From the human T2T-CHM13v2.0 reference genome, Homo sapiens: a DNA stretch of 64,000 nt. Made by a program: the position numbers and the translations under genes. The stretch is taken from assembly GCF_009914755.1 (NCBI RefSeq), contig NC_060928.1; one strand, written 5' to 3'. This document shows, piece by piece, positions 12,321 through 24,720 of the stretch (the first letter of the stretch is position 1; each line of letters opens with the position of its first letter). The notes under the pieces are model-generated. The model had not been told where the DNA came from and searched no databases. It saw only the letters and a program-made list of their open reading frames with translations.

Positions 12321-14566
12321 CATATATTTTTTGAGAAATGTCTATGCAGGCCCTTTTCTCATTTCCTAATCAAACTATATTTTCTTCTATAGAGATAATT
12401 TAGTTTCTTACGTATTTTGGATATTAACTCTTTAACAGATATATGGCTTACAAACATTTTCTACCAATCCACAGGTTGTTTCTTCAATCTTTCAATTGTT
12501 TCCTTTGTTGTGCAGAAGCTTTTTATTTTGATGTAATCCCACTTGCCTATTTTAGTTTCTGTTGCCTGTGCTTTTGTTATCAAATCTAAAAAAAACATTA
12601 CCTAGACCAGTGTTGTGTAATGTTGTGCAGTTTCTCACCTGTGTTTCTGTTTTAGCAGTTTTATAGCTTCAGGTCAAAATAAGGGTCCAATTTCATTTTT
12701 TCTGCATGTAGATAACTACTTTTCCCAATACTTTGTATTGAGACACTGTCCTTTTCCCTTTGTGTATTCTTGGCAGCTTTGTTGAAAATCAATTGACTAT
12801 ATACATGTGTCGGTTTATTTTTCAGCTCTCTATTTTTGGGTTCATTGATCCATTTTTATGTTAGTATGATGCTGTTTTAATTACTATTGCTTTGCAATAT
12901 AGTTTGAAATCAGGTAGTGTGATGCCTTCGGTTTTGCTTTTTTTCTCTTGTTTATGATTGCCTTGGCTATTTGAGATTTTTTTATGGTTGCATATGAATT
13001 TATAAAAAATGCTATTGGAATTTTGATAGGGATTGTATTGAATCTATAGATTGCTTGGAGTCATGTAGACATTTTAACAATATTAATTATTCCAGTCCGT
13101 GAATGTGGGATTTTTTCATTTATTTGTGTGTTCTTCAATTTTTTTCATCAACATTTTATGGTTTTCAGTGTAAGGTCTTTTACCTATTTGGTTAAATGTA
13201 TTCCTAAGTATATTAATTTATGTAGCTATTGTAAGTGGAGTAGTTCTCTTGATTTCTTTTTCAGAAAGTTTGTTGTTACTGTGTAGAAATGCTACTATTT
13301 TTTGCATTGATTTTTTATCCTGTAACTTTACCATATTTGTTTATTAGTTCTAACAGCTTTTTGCTGACATCTTTAGAGTTTTCTCTATATAAGATTATAT
13401 CATTAGTATCATTAGCAAACAAACAATTTCACATCTTCCTTTTCTATATGGATGCTTTTTATTTCTTTTTATTGAATATTTGCTCTGGCACAAATTTCAA
13501 ATACTATGTTGAATAGAAGTGGTGAGGGTGGGCCTCCTTGTCTTGCTCCAGATCTTATTGGGAAGAGTTTTAATTTTTCATTATTGAGTAGAATGTTAGT
13601 TGTGGCTTTATCACAAGTGACCTTATTGCATCAAGGTACATTTTTTTTCCTAATTTCTTGAGATATCACTAATAATTAGGGAAATGCAAATTATAATTAT
13701 GATGAGATATCACCTTATATCTGTTAGTATGGTGATTATCAAAAAGACAAGAGATAAGAAGTGTTGGTAAGGATGTGGAGGAAAAAATACCTTTACACAC
13801 TGTTGGTGGGAATGTAACTTAGTATAGTCAGTATGGAAAACTATACAGAGGTACCTCAACAACTAAAAATATGACTCAGTCATCCCACTTTTGGGTATTT
13901 ACCCAAAATATTTGAAATCAGTATGTCAAAGAGATATCTGCACTCTCATATTTATTGCAGGACTATTCAGAATAGACAAGTTATGAAATCTACCTAAGTG
14001 TTCATCAACAGATGAATGGATAAAGAAAATGTGGTATATACACACAATGGAATACAGTCAGCCTTAGAAATTTTGTCATTTGTGACAACATCAATAAAAT
14101 CAGAGAATATTATACCAGGTGACATAAACCAGGCAAAGAAAGACAAAATTACATATATCTTCACTTATATGTGGAATCTTAAAAAATCAAACTAAAAGAA
14201 AAATAATAGAATGATGGTTATCAGAGGCTGGAATGGGATGGGATGGGCAGAATGTAAAGATTATGATCAAAGAGTACAAAATCTTGGTTATTCAGAAGAA
14301 ATAGTTTTTTTTTTTTTGAGATATATGGCACATCATGGTGTATATAGTAGGTAGTAATGTAAGGTACATTTCAAAATCATTAAGGGAGTAAATTTCAAAT
14401 ATTCCCACCATGCAAAAATAAAAAAAATTGAGGTAATGGATATGTTAATTAGCTTGATTTAATTGTGTGTGCATCATATTCATAAATCATAACATCAGTT
14501 TAGGCCCAATAAATATATACAGCTGTAATTTGTCAGTTTACAATTAAAAAATACAAACTTTAAAAA
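12321..14566 (+). mobile_element. L1MA (approx. L1MA6-8), 5'-inverted: antisense ORF2 segment 12321-~13663, sense ORF2 end and 3' UTR ~13664-14566
   Basis: T-rich antisense L1 ORF2 switches at ...ttcttgaga|tatcactaataattagggaaatgcaaa to sense L1. Ends in an L1MA 3' UTR and an A-rich tail at 14543-14566. Confidence 0.85.
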
Positions 14567-14795
14567 GCCACCTGATCAGGCCATGCCAAGGTAAAGTAAA
14601 TGCCTTATCACACCATGCCTAAATAAGGCCAATGCCTAGCTGTAGCCAGTCAGGTGATTTCTCTACTTTGCTTTTGTTTCTGGATTATCAAAGCTTGCTG
14701 CTCACACTACTGAACAGAGCTCCTGAAGCTCTTCTGGCTCTTGGTGCTGCCCAATTCATGAATTGTCCCTTGCTTGAATAAACTGTATTAAAATT
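14567..14795 (+). mobile_element. ERV1 (MER4-group, MER31/34/39-like) LTR fragment ending just after its AATAAA
   Basis: gctgtagccagtcagg...tgctgcccaattcatgaattgtcccttgcttgAATAAActg. Both LTR termini are missing. Confidence 0.65.
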
Positions 14796-14949
14796 AAAAA
14801 TAAATAGATATTGGAAAAAACCCAATAGATATAGCAACTGCTTTTTATAAGTATGAAAAGCATGAGTTTGAGTTCAGCATAATAATTAGAAGCTATGTTG
14901 GATATTTTAAGCAAAAATAGAATTAATTCATGTATTTGTGAATTAATAG

Positions 14950-15421
14950 ACAATAGGGGTACTATTGTCTCTCTGAGATCACAAAAGTAACCTGCTAGAG
15001 AATTGCTACCTGTGCCACAGTCTGAAAGGCAGAAACTCAGAAGACTGCCTGTTGAGTTTTTAGGTTTAAGAACACATGGCTGTTGCAGATAGAAAGAGAT
15101 TTTCATGGCTATTAGTGCCTCCTGACCCCCTCAAAACTGGAGAGTAGATCCAGGAACACTGCTGGAGAAAATCATCACAGACCCGTGACGAAGCTGCTGA
15201 GCTGAAAACAGCAGCAGAGAGATGGCTTCTACCTCATTTTGCCTTCCAAAATTCACACATTTGCTTCTAACTATCAGAATTTAATTATGTTCAATCAAAA
15301 CCTCAGCTTACAAGGAATCCTAGGAAATGTTGTTTTAAATTTTGTAGCCCAGAAAGTATGCTGTTATGAAAAGAGATGAGAATAGATTCTAAACAGATAT
15401 CCGTCCAAAATATCTAATACA
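14950..15421. mobile_element. Ancient ERVL/MaLR-type LTR fragment (family uncertain)
   Basis: caaggaatcctaggaaatgttgttttaaattttgtagcc motif and ...tatctaataca end. Confidence 0.35.
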
Positions 15422-15435
15422 TTTGCTGTTGGCAT

Positions 15436-15960
15436 CTATATTAGTTATCTGTTACTGTGTAATAAATTACCCTGAAATGAAGCAACAGCAAGTATTTTTT
15501 TTTTACATCACAGATGCTGTGGGTTAGAAATAAGGTGATGCAACCTGGGTGCCTCTGCCTTAAGGTCTCTTGCAAGTCCCCAATCAAGGTGTCTATTGGG
15601 CCAGTGATCTCATCTGACAGCTTGATTGAGGAAAAGTTGTTTCTAGCCTCATTCATGTGGTTGTCAGCAGGATTCAGTTATTCACTGGCTGTTGTACAGG
15701 GGCCTTCCTCAGTTCCTAGATATGAGTATCTTTCCATAGGGCAGCTCACAACATGTAGCTTCAATAGAAATGACTGAATGAGAGACAGAAAGAGAACAAT
15801 CAAGATACACATTACAGCCTTTTTATAATCAATTTCAGAAGTGGCATTCTATCACTTTTGCCATATTCTATTTGCTAGAAGTTATTCACTAGGTCCAGCC
15901 CACACTAAAAAGGAAGGGATTATACAGGCAGGCAAGCATCAGTCGTGGTTGCCTACCACA
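15436..15960 (-). mobile_element. MLT1F/G-type MaLR solo LTR
   Basis: tattagttatctgttactgtgtaataaattacc ... ctcattcatgtggttgtcagcaggattcagtt ... tgcctaccaca. Confidence 0.75.
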
Positions 15961-17675
15961 GAATCTCTGTGACTTTCACTACTGTAATATCATCTTAAAT
16001 TTTCTAAAGAACTTTCAAAACAAAAAAAGCTGTTGAATTTAAAATTGTTAGATTTACTTTCAGTAATTGGCATTTTTTTCTTTTTATTTTAATTGGGGTA
16101 TTGATGCATTTCAAATGCAAGTTACCAAATAAAGATATCCTTTGTGGCACAATCCCAGGAAAAGGTGAAAACAAAATAAAAGTATGAAGGCATTGCTTAT
16201 GGCAGGTCTACTAATTATAGATGTTTACCGTATATTGGACCTGGAAAATGTCATAGTGGTAGGATTTAAATTTCCCTTCCTGTTTGCTTCTCAGGGTGCA
16301 TAAGAGAAAGAAGTTTTAGTAGTGAACACATGCTGTTGCCATCTAGCATAAGTCTAAAGCGAAGATCCTCATGTTTTCTAGATTTTTTTCCACCACCTTT
16401 TCTTAAATATTCCTTAACATGTTTCTGAGCCAAATAGAAACAAGAGAAATGCTGCATTTGTTATCATACAATTTGTAGCTAAGTGCTGACTCTTGCTATG
16501 AGACCATTGAATTCCAGCTGTCTTTAATATCAAAAAAGACAAAAAAACCCCAAGGAATCAAAAATAATTTCCTCTGGAAAATAAACGTTGTAATTAATAC
16601 AGTAAGAAAGCAAATCCCTCGAAAAATATCAGGGCAATGCCAAACAGCTGAGGGCGGTAGTGGGTGGAGGAAGCAAGAAAGGGAATCCCTTTTCACGCAC
16701 TTGTTTGGTTTTTGTATTTTGGGTTTTTTGTTGTTGTTTTGTGTTTTTTGTAGCTGTTGTTCGTTTGTTTGTTTTGCTAGCTGGTTTGTATAATTTCTAG
16801 CATTTCTGCAAACTTCTAATGAGATTTTAAAGAAAATTTTTTGAAATGAAATACATAAGAAAATATATGTTTAAAGCAACTATCAAATTTCACTTTTCAA
16901 ATAATTTAAAAATATTTAGAATATTTTAGAAAATCATCCTTGAAAAATACTATTTTTTTCCATTAACTACATTTCTTTATGGCACAATATTATGAAATAT
17001 CCTTTAATTAAAATGTGGCTAAAATACTTTAATTTTATATAATCTACAACATTTACATTTGTTTTTAATCTTAGGTGCTAGGTAAAATCCAGCTTATTAG
17101 TATAATTTTTAAAGCTATTATTTCATTTCATAGTCTCTTTTCTTGAGTTATGCCAATTTAATTAATAGAAAAGACTTAGAAATACTCATTTTAAAATGAT
17201 GTCACTGAAGGAACAATGAGTTTTGCAACAGTTTTCATCCTGGTGCCAAAGGGGAACTTGGAAAGAAAAATAGGGATAGGCAGGTGCAATGTAGAATGCT
17301 TGCTATGCTCACTTCCGTTTCCTTGCCCCGACCAAGGTTAATTTGTTCTTTCTTTGTCTATAATAAAATTAACTCCTTTCCATGCTCCATTTTGTATCTC
17401 TTCTCTCATATTCTATTTTCATTTTATCACCAATTGCTATTTTATTTTTCCTTATTTTGTGTATCTTTGTAAGCAGACTATTTTTTGTTGTTGAATTAAG
17501 AGTAAATAAGAAAATATTAGAAGACAGAAAAAGAGTTAACCTCAGGGTTTTTTTCCTTAGTATCAGTAATTTCAAATTTTCAGGATTGAGATATAATGCT
17601 AGGCTATTACAGCTGGAAATTATAATGTGCATCATGTTAAGTTAAACAAATATTGCATTAAAATCAGTACATATA

Positions 17676-17964
17676 GCCTGGGCGCGGTGGCTCATGCCTG
17701 TAATCCCAGCACTTTGGGAGGCTGAGGCAGGCGGATGACCTGAGATTAGGAGTATGAGATCAGCCCGGCCAACATGGTGAAACCATGTCTCCACTAAAAA
17801 CACAAAAATTAGCCGGGCGTGGCAGCAGATGACTGTAATCTCAGCCACTCGGGAGACTGAGGCAAGAGAATCACTTGAACTCTGGGGGCGGAGGTTGCAG
17901 TGAGCCGAGATCGTGTCACTGCACTCCAGCCTGGGTGACAGAGTGAAACTCCATCTCAAAAAAA
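17676..17964 (+). mobile_element. AluS (Sx-like) with TSD
   Basis: Full dimer. TSD aaaatcagtacatata (17660-17675) / aaaatcagcatatata (17965-17980). Confidence 0.95.
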
Positions 17965-18529
17965 AAAATCAGCATATATAAATTATAATAAAATTTTATA
18001 TATCTATATTTATTTCTATATGTATATCTATAAAATACCTGTTGGTGCATATGGTTATATGTGCATACATTCATATAAAATATCTGGAGTTTAGGAGAAG
18101 ATGAATGAATGGGAGAGTTGAGACAGCAGAATCATTGTATATTGGTTTTGTGGGGCAGAGATGGAAAAAAATGGTTGAGAGCAAGATAATTTCTCTGAAA
18201 TATAAAGTTTTGGAATATTCATGAGTAAAAGAGATTTATTTTAAATGTTTGAGTATTTTTAATTCTAATTTCTCCATCTGCTACCTTTTAAGAGTTTCTC
18301 TTGTTTAGGCTTTTAAATTTGAATTTGTGATTTTTGGAGGCAATATTTTGCTAAAATAAAACTTAAGGTGAGAGTAGAAAAGTTTATATATACTCGTATG
18401 CACTATTTTGAAACAAGTGGTAATTGAAGAAGAATCTAATTTATAATCTATTTGGAATATATAAAATGCTCATTTTAGTACAAAAGTACCAAAACGAAGG
18501 TAAATTCTATAATGAAATATATTTTCTTA

Positions 18530-18995
18530 GAATAATGTAGAGTTTGAGACAAGGGTTTGCATACAAGTGTGGTATTAGGAACGTGTTCCCAGGAGAAGCC
18601 TGGGAAGAGAGTAGGGGAAACTGAACAGGGAAGGAGAAGAGAACAAGTAACAGATACGACTTCATGGAGGCTGTGGAATATAAATTATATTTCAGAGTGG
18701 TTCTCACCCTGAGTCAAAGGAGCTGTGTGTCCACACTGGCCCATTGATTAGCCATTAGGTAAGAGCCATCCTAGCATGGTGGTAATGGGGAGATCAACTC
18801 CAAGCATTTCTGGTTCTTGATTTTCTGACTTTACTTGTTTGCAAGTGAATCTATAGCCAAGGGCCAGTTCTTGGAAGATAGTAGCTGGTATGGGCCATGG
18901 AAGCAAAAGCCCACAGAGAAGCCAGAGAAAAGGCTGCAGAATGGGTAAAAGTGATCCAAAGAGATTTGGGCAGAGAATCAGCAGTGTCCATAAGA
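18530..18995. mobile_element. Ancient LTR-like element (family uncertain)
   Basis: gagacaagggtttgcatacaagtg...ttcccaggagaagcc...agggaaggagaagag, a GC-richer block typical of old ERVL-class LTRs. Confidence 0.4.
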
Positions 18996-19081
18996 TTTTT
19001 ATGTAACTGATTAAATCCCAAATGAATCTCTTAAATAGGTATTGATGTAATAGATGGTAACTAACAAAAATGAGTATTTCT

Positions 19082-19378
19082 GACTGGCCCCAGTGGCTCA
19101 TGCCTGTAATCCAAGCACTTTGGGAGGCTGAGGCAGGTGGATCACCTGAGGTCAGGAGTTCAAGACAAGCCTGGACAACATGGTGAAACCCTGTCTCTAC
19201 GAAAAATACAAAAATTAGCTGGGCATGGTGGCATGTGCCTTTAATCTCAGCCACTAGGGAGGCTGAGGCAGGAGAATCACTTGAACCCAGAAGGCAGAGG
19301 TTGCAGTGAACACAGATTGCACCACTGAACTCCAGTCTGGGTGACAGAGGGAGACTCCGTCTCAAAAAAAAAAAAAAG
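19082..19378 (+). mobile_element. AluS (Sx/Sz-like)
   Basis: Full dimer with A-tail, flanked by imperfect TSD ...agtatttct / ...ggtatttct. Confidence 0.95.
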
Positions 19379-19599
19379 GTATTTCTTAAGCTTCTACTTT
19401 GCATTGTATTGTACTAGGAGATGTAATGTATAGACAGAAAAAAATTACATTCTAAGAGAAAAGATATTGACCTTTAAGAAATATTAAAGTGTTGTTAATA
19501 CAAATAATTTAATAAAGTAATAGAACATGACTGATTGACATAGTTTTTGGAATAAAATTGTGCCATTTATTTTGTTTTATTGTGTTTTACTTTACTTTG

Positions 19600-19900
19600 T
19601 TTTATTGTCAGATTCACTAAATGTTAACGTTTTACCACATTTGATTTTCTTTGTGTATGTGTTTGCGTGTGTAATTTCAGAGTAAGTTACAGGCATCATG
19701 ACATTTCATTCCTAAGTATTTCAGAATTTATACCCTTAAAACAAAGACATTCTCCTATAATGACTATAGGACAAAGGCATTCTCCGATAATGATTATAAC
19801 ACAATTCTATTATTCAGAAAATGTAATATTTATACAATGCTGTTATTTTACATAGTCAGTGTTCAAATTCTCCCAATTATGTCTATTATAATAGCTGGTT
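19600..19900 (-). mobile_element. Old L1 (L1MC/ME) 3' fragment containing a 30-bp imperfect tandem duplication (19741-19800)
   Basis: gagtaagttacaggcatcatgaca...cctaagtatttcag. Duplication: acaaagacattctcctataatgactatagg / acaaaggcattctccgataatgattataac. Confidence 0.5.
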
Positions 19901-20319
19901 ATCACTAGAGAAATATCTACACCTACATCGATATCTATCTATACACTTATGTATCCAACCATGTATTAATCTACATATAATTTAAGAATAATAAGTTATC
20001 CCTGTAAAGCAGTTGGTCTATTATGTCTTGTTTTCTTCCTCAATAGATTCTCATATTAATGATCACTCATGCATTTAGTCATCCAAATGAATTTAAAATA
20101 TTTTTAAATTACTCATGATAATTTACCCTTTACTTATTATTTCAGTTTTAGAAAATTTGGTGCTATCTCTAACTATTAATGAATTGGAGCCAACTTTGTT
20201 TCTTGACTATTTTCTTTCTAAAATTAATTTTTAAGTAAATAATAATTTTAACAATATAATTTTTAAGTGTACATTAGTTTACTCAAAAGTGTGCCAAATC
20301 TCTCAATCATATAATTTAT

Positions 20320-20460
20320 ACTATTTATTAAGCTCATCCCATATGCCAGGTACTAATTTAAGATCTTTAGTTGTATTAACTCTTTTAATTCTCAGAAGAG
20401 TCCACGAGATAAATACTATTATATTATCAATTTTTACAAATAGAAAAATTGTGGCATATT
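20320..20460 (-). mobile_element. MIR fragment
   Basis: tatttattaagctc...atatgccaggtac...tttttacaaatagaaaaattgtggca. Confidence 0.6.
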
Positions 20461-21089
20461 TAAAATAAAAAGTTCTGACCCCCTCATTCATTCTGAGTCT
20501 TCCACAATCTTTCACAGAATATAATTTAGCAATTTTGTCTAGGACAATCACTTAACTTGGTGCTATTTTCTTTTTTCCTTGGGACTTACTTGCATTGATG
20601 GTCTATATCTGCACTGATCTTCTGGTTATTAACCAATTAAAGTTTATTTAAGATACATGTTCAAAGTAAGCTTGAGAAGAGTGTTAAGGAAATCAGAATT
20701 TATTTTAAAATGTATTTGGGAATAATAAACTAAATGAAACCCAGCTGTGAATAATCAGATAATTCTTTATTCATTATAGATTCAGCAAATTGAGGTCACT
20801 TAGTATAATGGAATATGTCAAGAGTATTATCCTTAATACTATTACTGTTAATTATCAAATGTGTTTGATTTCTCAATATTATACTTAATTATTAAACAAC
20901 ATTTATATTAAAACTATTTTATAACATGCTTTGAAATGTCTTGTCTTGCTTCTTTCAGTTTGGGATTATCTGTGTCTACAGTCTTCACTTCCTATTAACA
21001 AGGATTTCTAAGAGTTGACTTAAAAAGATATGAAGTACATGTATTCGTTTCTAAAAGGTATGGATTAGAGTATTAGTGTGATAATGTCA

Positions 21090-21560
21090 TAATGCCTTTG
21101 AGAGTGCCTCAGGTCTCAGTCCTAGGTGTATTTTTATTTGAAACTGTTTCCCTCTCCTGCTATCCTGATCTGAAACTGTTAATGTCCACATGTATAAAGC
21201 CAATTTAGACTGCTTTACAAAGTTTGAGATCTGAATATCAAACTACCGTCTATTTCAAAAACCTTTCAAACTCAAGACATATAAACTGAAGTTAGGATCT
21301 TACCCCCTAAATGTAATTTTCTTTCAATGTACTCTGTCTCCATGAGTGATATCATCTCTCCTCCAGTTGTTAAGCCCTAACCTAGGTGTTATATTAGATA
21401 TCCTTCTTCCTTTTTACATTCCATATCCAATTCCATACCAAGTCCTGTCAATATCATCTCCTAAATCTCTAAAATCTGTCCAGTTCTCCCCATCTTTATT
21501 GCTACTTACCTAGTACAAATAACAGTCATTTTTTTTGCCCTTTTGCAATAGTTCACTATG
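21090..21560 (+). mobile_element. L2 fragment
   Basis: ctccagttgttaagccctaacctaggtg...atccaattccataccaagtcctgtcaat...ctcctaaatctct. Confidence 0.6.
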
Positions 21561-23599
21561 TACCAGTCACCCCAAATCTTTATGTATATTAACTTATTTA
21601 ACCCTTATCCTGGGAGGCCAGTACCGTGATTATTCTGATTTCACCCCAGGAAGTAACCTGCTAAATATCCTGTAAGTAGAAGAGCTGCAATCTAAACCTA
21701 TTGGACTCCTGAGTATTACACACCATATTGTAAAATCTGATCTTGAAAAACAAATATTTTTCTGGCTTTGAATTCTATGAAAAACAGATTGTGAATATTT
21801 AAATCACATTTCTCTTAAGTCTTCAATTTAACCTTACAAAACAGAAAGTAACTATTTTTCATCTTGGAATTCCTTAAATTACAACTCTGAGCAAGATAGA
21901 AAATATAACGTCAAAATTTTAGTTCACTAAAATTCTTCCTACAGGGAATCATAAGGAATCTGAACTAGATCTTATTTTTTTTCCACGTATAATCTGACAT
22001 TTGACTTAATACAGGGAAAGAGTTTGGAGAAAGTTGAGGAATAAAGAGCTAGCCTGTCGTTAGACTGTGCCTATCATATATCAGCTCTCTCCAGTAAGCC
22101 TCAGGCAAGTGCTGCATCACAGCCTATTTATAGCTGCATCCTCTGACAAGTGCCTGAAGTACAGCTCTTCTACCGGTATTGATTATAGAAGTATCCATGT
22201 GATTTAAATTCCAGATGAACAGGAGGTATACATGACATCTTGTTTTGACAACTGAGGAAACTGACCTGCATTACCTTCCAAAGTCCATCTCAAATTAACA
22301 CAGATGGACTCCATGACCGTCTACAGAGCTATTTAATTAGCTCCTGCATTTTAAAATGACTTTATTTTCCTAGGTGACGTTCTACATTAGGACGCAATGG
22401 AAGGGTTTAAAATCAAAATCTCTGTGGTTGAGTTGAGACTATATCCAGAGTTACAAAGCCTTGAAACCCACAAGTTTACAGGAGGAAACATTTTGTTCTC
22501 TCTCCAAAAAAAGGGACGTTTTGAAAAAAATTGACAATGTATATTGTCTTTCCTGGTGTCATGTTTTCAGCCATTATTGGATGAAGTTAAGTCAGCTGAC
22601 CCTGATGCCTGCCATCTTTGAGAGCTCCCAGTTGAAAGGCCATCTTTTAACAACTATTTCAAATATTGGCTCTTCCTTTCCCCTCAATTCCAAGGTCTGC
22701 TGAAGCAAGCAGCAGCTCTCAGTAACTTTCTTTACTGTCAGTTGTGACAGCTCTTAGTAGCTGCCTTTCATTGAGTTAGTCTTTCTGATCTCTCTTATTT
22801 TCAGGCAGGTTCTAGGTTACTAATGTAGCCTCTAGTTTATTGTCTCTATACAACTTACAGAACATGGTAAAAACTTGGCAAGCTCTCCAGTGACATTCAT
22901 GCAAGCCCTGTGTAAAACTAAAAGAACATTCTGAATCTGTGTCTCTTTGGAATTTTGTTATTCTTTTTGACCCCCTCAGGCATAACACAGACCCCAGATA
23001 CACTGACTTTCAGCAGAGAATGAAGTTTCATGCTCAAAGAAGCTACTATATACATTTATGAATCACAATTTTTATTGCTTAGGGTCCCAACTTAAGATAA
23101 AGGTGTTAATCCATAATCTATGGTATTTATGGGAGAAACAGTTACAGGAAACTTGAATATTTCCTCACCTCATTACCTCTTCTGCACCAAGCAGTTGTGA
23201 TGACTTGACATAAGAATGTTTAATAATGTTTCCAACTTTGGAAAGAGGCAAGCTTGAGGTTAACACTTATTTGATTGCTCTTCTGTTTGTTGATGGAAAC
23301 ATTAGTTTTGTAGAGATAGGTGAAGGGGGTATATGTAAAACCAGGGCTGCCTTTTTATGTAAAAGTAAAGGTGCCATTTTATAAAGAAATGTTAGCTTCA
23401 GAGAGGCAAAAGAGAGGAGCTCCAGAAATTACAAGGTTATTTCCATCCCAAACATAGAATATACCATTCACTACGGAAAATGAACCTTAGGAGACAGCTG
23501 TTTTGTTGCAGAACACAGGACAGAGCCCCATCCCACCAATAATCAAAGGGACCCAGTTCAGCTCTCCCTTTTTCCCCAAAAGAATATAACCTAAGCTAA

Positions 23600-24720
23600 G
23601 CCCTCAAACTGTTATAGCCAGAGAATACAAACAGCTTTCAGATAATTTGGAAATGGAGTCTCATAAAAGGGAAAATTCTGCCACACTCTATAAAAACAAT
23701 TAGAGATTCTGAACAGAGCTTCAAAGTTAAGCATGAGCAACATAGCAAGAAATGATCTGGCAAAATGCCATACAGTCAAAAGAGCAACCTGCAGAACAAA
23801 TGAAATCTCAAAGAGGAGAACAGGCCCAGTTGAACATTAAATTGCTAAAGTAGAGGAAAAGATTGAGATGATCATGATACAGAGGGAAAATATAAAAAAG
23901 ATTAAAGTAAAAAGGGATCATAATAGGGAAAGACAGGTGCAGTAATATGACATAAAAGAATGAGTGTCTCGGAAATACATAACCTACATAAAAGGGAGAT
24001 GTATTAAATGATACATCACCGAAAAATGTCCCTGAAATGAAGAAATCACTGAATCTGTAAACTGAAAGGGCACACACTAAATCTTACCTCAGTAAAGCTA
24101 TGGAATTTTACAAGAATGAAAATATAATCATTCATGCATTCATTCTCATTAAAGCAAGAAGCATGAAAAAGGAAAAATCTATTTGGTCTCAGACATCTTC
24201 ACAATAACCATCAATGCCAAAAGAGAATGGAAATGTGTCTGTAAGTATCATCTAGATAATATCCAAGACAGCAGGAACCACTTATTCACTGTTATACACA
24301 CAGCACCTGTAGCAATCCATAGCATATAGTATAGGCACATTCTGAAACATGAAACAACTCAGAAAATGCACCTGCTAGTAAACATTCTTGGAAAAAGTCC
24401 AGTCAAGCAATAGTTGAATCAAAACAAGAAGCTTGAATGCACCTGCTAGTAAACATTCTTGGAAAAAGTCCAGTCAAGCAATAGTTGAATCAAAACAAGA
24501 AGCTTGAGAATGAAGAAGGTGTGATACTGCAACACTTTTACAAAATAATACATTCATTGTCCCAAGAGAACAGCTGGAAGAGCCTAAGAGAGGAAGAAAA
24601 TTAAAACTCACCAGAGCTAGAAAATGGAATGATTTGGAATACAGGACCAAGAGTGAAGGTTTCATAGAATGAGAAATAAGAACAGTGTTGAAGAAACTAG
24701 AAAACAGAGAAAGGGAACTT
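23600..24720 (+). mobile_element. Ancient L1-derived (HAL1/L1ME-like) ORF1 remnant
   Basis: A-rich; ctgaatctgtaaactgaaagggcacac and ggtctcagacatcttcacaataaccatcaatgccaaaagagaatggaa resemble L1 ORF1 3' blocks. Confidence 0.45.
24365..24506. repeat. Perfect 2 x 71-bp tandem duplication
   Basis: 24365-24435 and 24436-24506 are identical base for base. Confidence 0.97.

Noticed and set aside
18748-19404. Longest ORF in the track (218 aa, minus strand)
   Set aside because: The first half is a typical antisense-Alu translation and the rest runs through unique and old LTR-like sequence. The same applies to the ORFs at 17642, 27131, 45188, 51946 and 56874-57232.
22355-22440. Acceptor-like tttattttcctag|g as an alternative TLL1 last exon
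   Set aside because: It lies beyond the TLL1 poly(A) signals, and I see no CUB-like or long reading frame after it.
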